The position numbers were made by a program, and so were the translations under genes. 64,000 bases of DNA from the human T2T-CHM13v2.0 reference genome, Homo sapiens. The stretch lies in NCBI RefSeq assembly GCF_009914755.1, contig NC_060937.1; one strand, 5' to 3'. Each line of letters starts with the position of its first letter. Position 1 is the stretch's first letter. The notes beneath the pieces are model-generated. The model was not told where the DNA came from and did no database searches. It saw nothing but the letters and a program-made list of their open reading frames with translations. Of the stretch, positions 61,801-64,000 are shown in pieces.

Positions 61801-64000
61801 TTCTATAGTGTACATAAAATATCAAAGTAGCCAAACTATACATTATATACTGTACATAAAATATGAAATTACATCAAATATATATTATATTATGTACATA
61901 AAATATGAAAGTACATCAAATATAGATTATATACTGTACATAAAATACCAAAGTACACCAAATATATATTTTATACTGTACATGCAATATCAAAGTTCAC
62001 AAACTATATATTATATACTGTACATAAAATATCAAAGTACCCAAGGTATATATTCTATACTGTGCAAAAAATATCAAAGTACCCAAAGCATGTATTATAT
62101 ACTGTACATAAAATATGAAAGTACATCAAATATATATTTTATTCTGTACATAAAATATCAAAGTACACTAAATATATATTCTATAGTGTACATAAAATAT
62201 CAAAGTACCCAAACTATACATTATATACTGTACATAAAATATGAAATTACATCAAATATATATTATATTAGGTACATAAAATATGAAAGTACATCAAATA
62301 TAGATTATATACTGTACATAAAATACCAAAGTACCCCAAATACATATTATATACTGTACATGAAATATCAAAGTTCACAAACTATATATTATATACTGTA
62401 CATACAATATCAAAGTACCCAAGGTATATAGTCTATACTGTACAAAAAATATCAAAGTACCCCAAGCAAGTATTATATACTGTACATAAAATATGAAAGT
62501 ACATCAAATATATATTTTATTCTGTACATAAAGTATCAAAGTACACCAAATATGTATCCTATTGTGTACATAAAATATCAAAGTACCCAAACTATACATT
62601 ATATACTGTACATAAAATATGAAATTACATCAAATATATATTATATTAGGTACTTAAAATATGAAAGTACATCAAATATAAATTATATACTGTACATAAA
62701 GTACCAAAGTACCCCAAATATATATTATATACTGTACATGCAATATCAAAGTTCACAAACTATATATCATATACTGTACACAAAATATCAAAGTACCGAA
62801 GGTATATATTCTATAGTGTACAAAAAATATGAAAGTACGCAAAGCATGTATTATATACTGTACATAAAATATGAAAGTACATCAAATATATATTTTATTC
62901 TGTACATAAAATATCAAAGTACACCAAATATATATTCTATAGTGTACATAAAATATCAAAGTACCCAAACTATACATTATATACAGTACATAAAATATGA
63001 AATTACATCAAATATATATTATAATAGGTACATAAAATATGAAAGCACATCAAATATAAATTATATACTGTACATAAAATACCAAAGAACCCCAAATATA
63101 TATTATATACTGTACATGAAATATCAAAGTTCACAAACTATATATTATATACTGTATATAAAATATCAAAGTACCCAAGGTATATATTCTATACTGTACA
63201 AAAAATATCAAAGTACCCAAAGCATGTATTATATACTGTTCATAAAATATGAAAGTACATCAAATATATATTTTATTCTGTACATAAAATATCAAAGTAC
63301 ACCAAATATATATTCTATAGTTTACATAAAATATCAAAGTACCCAAACTATACATTATATACTGTACATAAAATATGAAATTACATCAAATATATATTAA
63401 AATAGGTACATAAAATATGAAAGTACATCAAATATAGCTTATATACTGTACATAAAATATCAAAGTACCCCAAATATATATTATATACTGTACATGAAAT
63501 ATCAAAGTTCACAAACTATATATTATATACTGTACATAAAATATCAAAGTACCCAAGGTATATATTCTGTACTGTATAAAAAATATCAAAGTACCCAAAG
63601 CATGTATTATATACTGTTCATAAAATATGAAAGTACATCAAATATGTATTTTATTCTGTACATAAAATATCAAAGTACACCAAATATATATTCTATAGTG
63701 TACATAAAATATCAAAGTACCCAAACTATACATTATATACTGTACATAAAATATGAAATTACATCAAATATATATTATATTAGGTACATAAAATATGAAA
63801 GTACATCAAATATAGATTATATACTGTACATAAAATACCAGAGAACCCCAAATATATATTATATACTGTACATGAAATATCAAAGTTCACAAACTATATA
63901 TTATATACTGTACATAAAATATCAAAGTACCCAAGGTATATATTCTATACTGTACAAAAAATATCAAAGTACCCAAAGCATGTATTATATACTGTTAATA
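52821..64000 (+). repeat. Copy 2 of the 43,371-bp-offset duplication (runs off the window end)
   Basis: Matches 9450-20629 up to the last base (ACTGTTAATA at 63991-64000 = 20620-20629). Only one difference noticed: 19044 C vs 62415 G. Confidence 0.93.

Larger units (their letters stand above)
1..64000 (+). repeat. Human Satellite 1A (HSat1A/SAR) array, 42-bp monomer, continuous and in one orientation
   Basis: Monomer of the form GTACATAAAATATCAAAGTACCCAAACTATACATTATATACT (42 bp, 32/42 A+T) repeats end to end. Two GTAC sites split it into 17-bp ACATAAAATAT(C/G)AAAGT and 25-bp AC..AAA.ATA.ATT.TATACTGT units, the classical satellite I A/B structure. No non-satellite sequence seen. Confidence 0.95.

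Noticed and set aside
1-63400. Long + strand ORFs (up to 1209 aa) as protein-coding genes
   Set aside because: Pure translations of the 14-codon monomer, with no unique domain, and broken at random by stops and indels.
1-64000. CRISPR-like alternation of a conserved 17-bp unit and a variable 25-bp unit
   Set aside because: The variable parts are homologous to each other and cycle every nine monomers; there are no unique spacers, leader or cas genes.
1-64000. Other satellites (alpha satellite with CENP-B box, HSat1B, HSat2/3) or strand inversions
   Set aside because: No 171-bp period, CATTC repeats or Alu-derived segment; the A-rich orientation is constant wherever I read.
1-64000. TATA-like and homeodomain-like motifs (TATATA, CATAAAA) as promoters or enhancers
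   Set aside because: Expected in a sequence this AT-rich and present in every monomer; no supporting context.
1-64000. Assignment to a specific chromosome
   Set aside because: HSat1A arrays occur on several chromosomes (3, 4 and the acrocentrics); assignment needs alignment of rare k-mers to T2T assemblies, which I cannot run.

Overview
The whole 64 kb window is one uninterrupted, single-orientation tandem array of an AT-rich 42-bp satellite (about 1,520 monomers) organised in a 9-monomer, 378-bp higher-order repeat (HOR). The 17-bp + 25-bp subunits delimited by two GTAC (RsaI) sites and the 378-bp period identify it as Human Satellite 1A (HSat1A / SAR / classical satellite I), a human or great-ape (peri)centromeric or acrocentric satellite; the chromosome cannot be determined from this window. 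I see no genes, RNA genes, transposon insertions, inversions or CRISPR. The long ORFs are a by-product of the 14-codon monomer. The information is in the variants, which record nested duplications: a near-identical 43,371-bp offset repeat, an 8,567-bp tandem duplication, older 1-6 kb duplications, and truncated 5-, 6- and 8-mer HORs. The most speculative functional lead is that the + strand carries a perfect Pumilio response element (TGTACATA) in 6 of the 9 monomers. All comparisons were made by eye with the ORF track as a guide, so mismatch counts are minimums.
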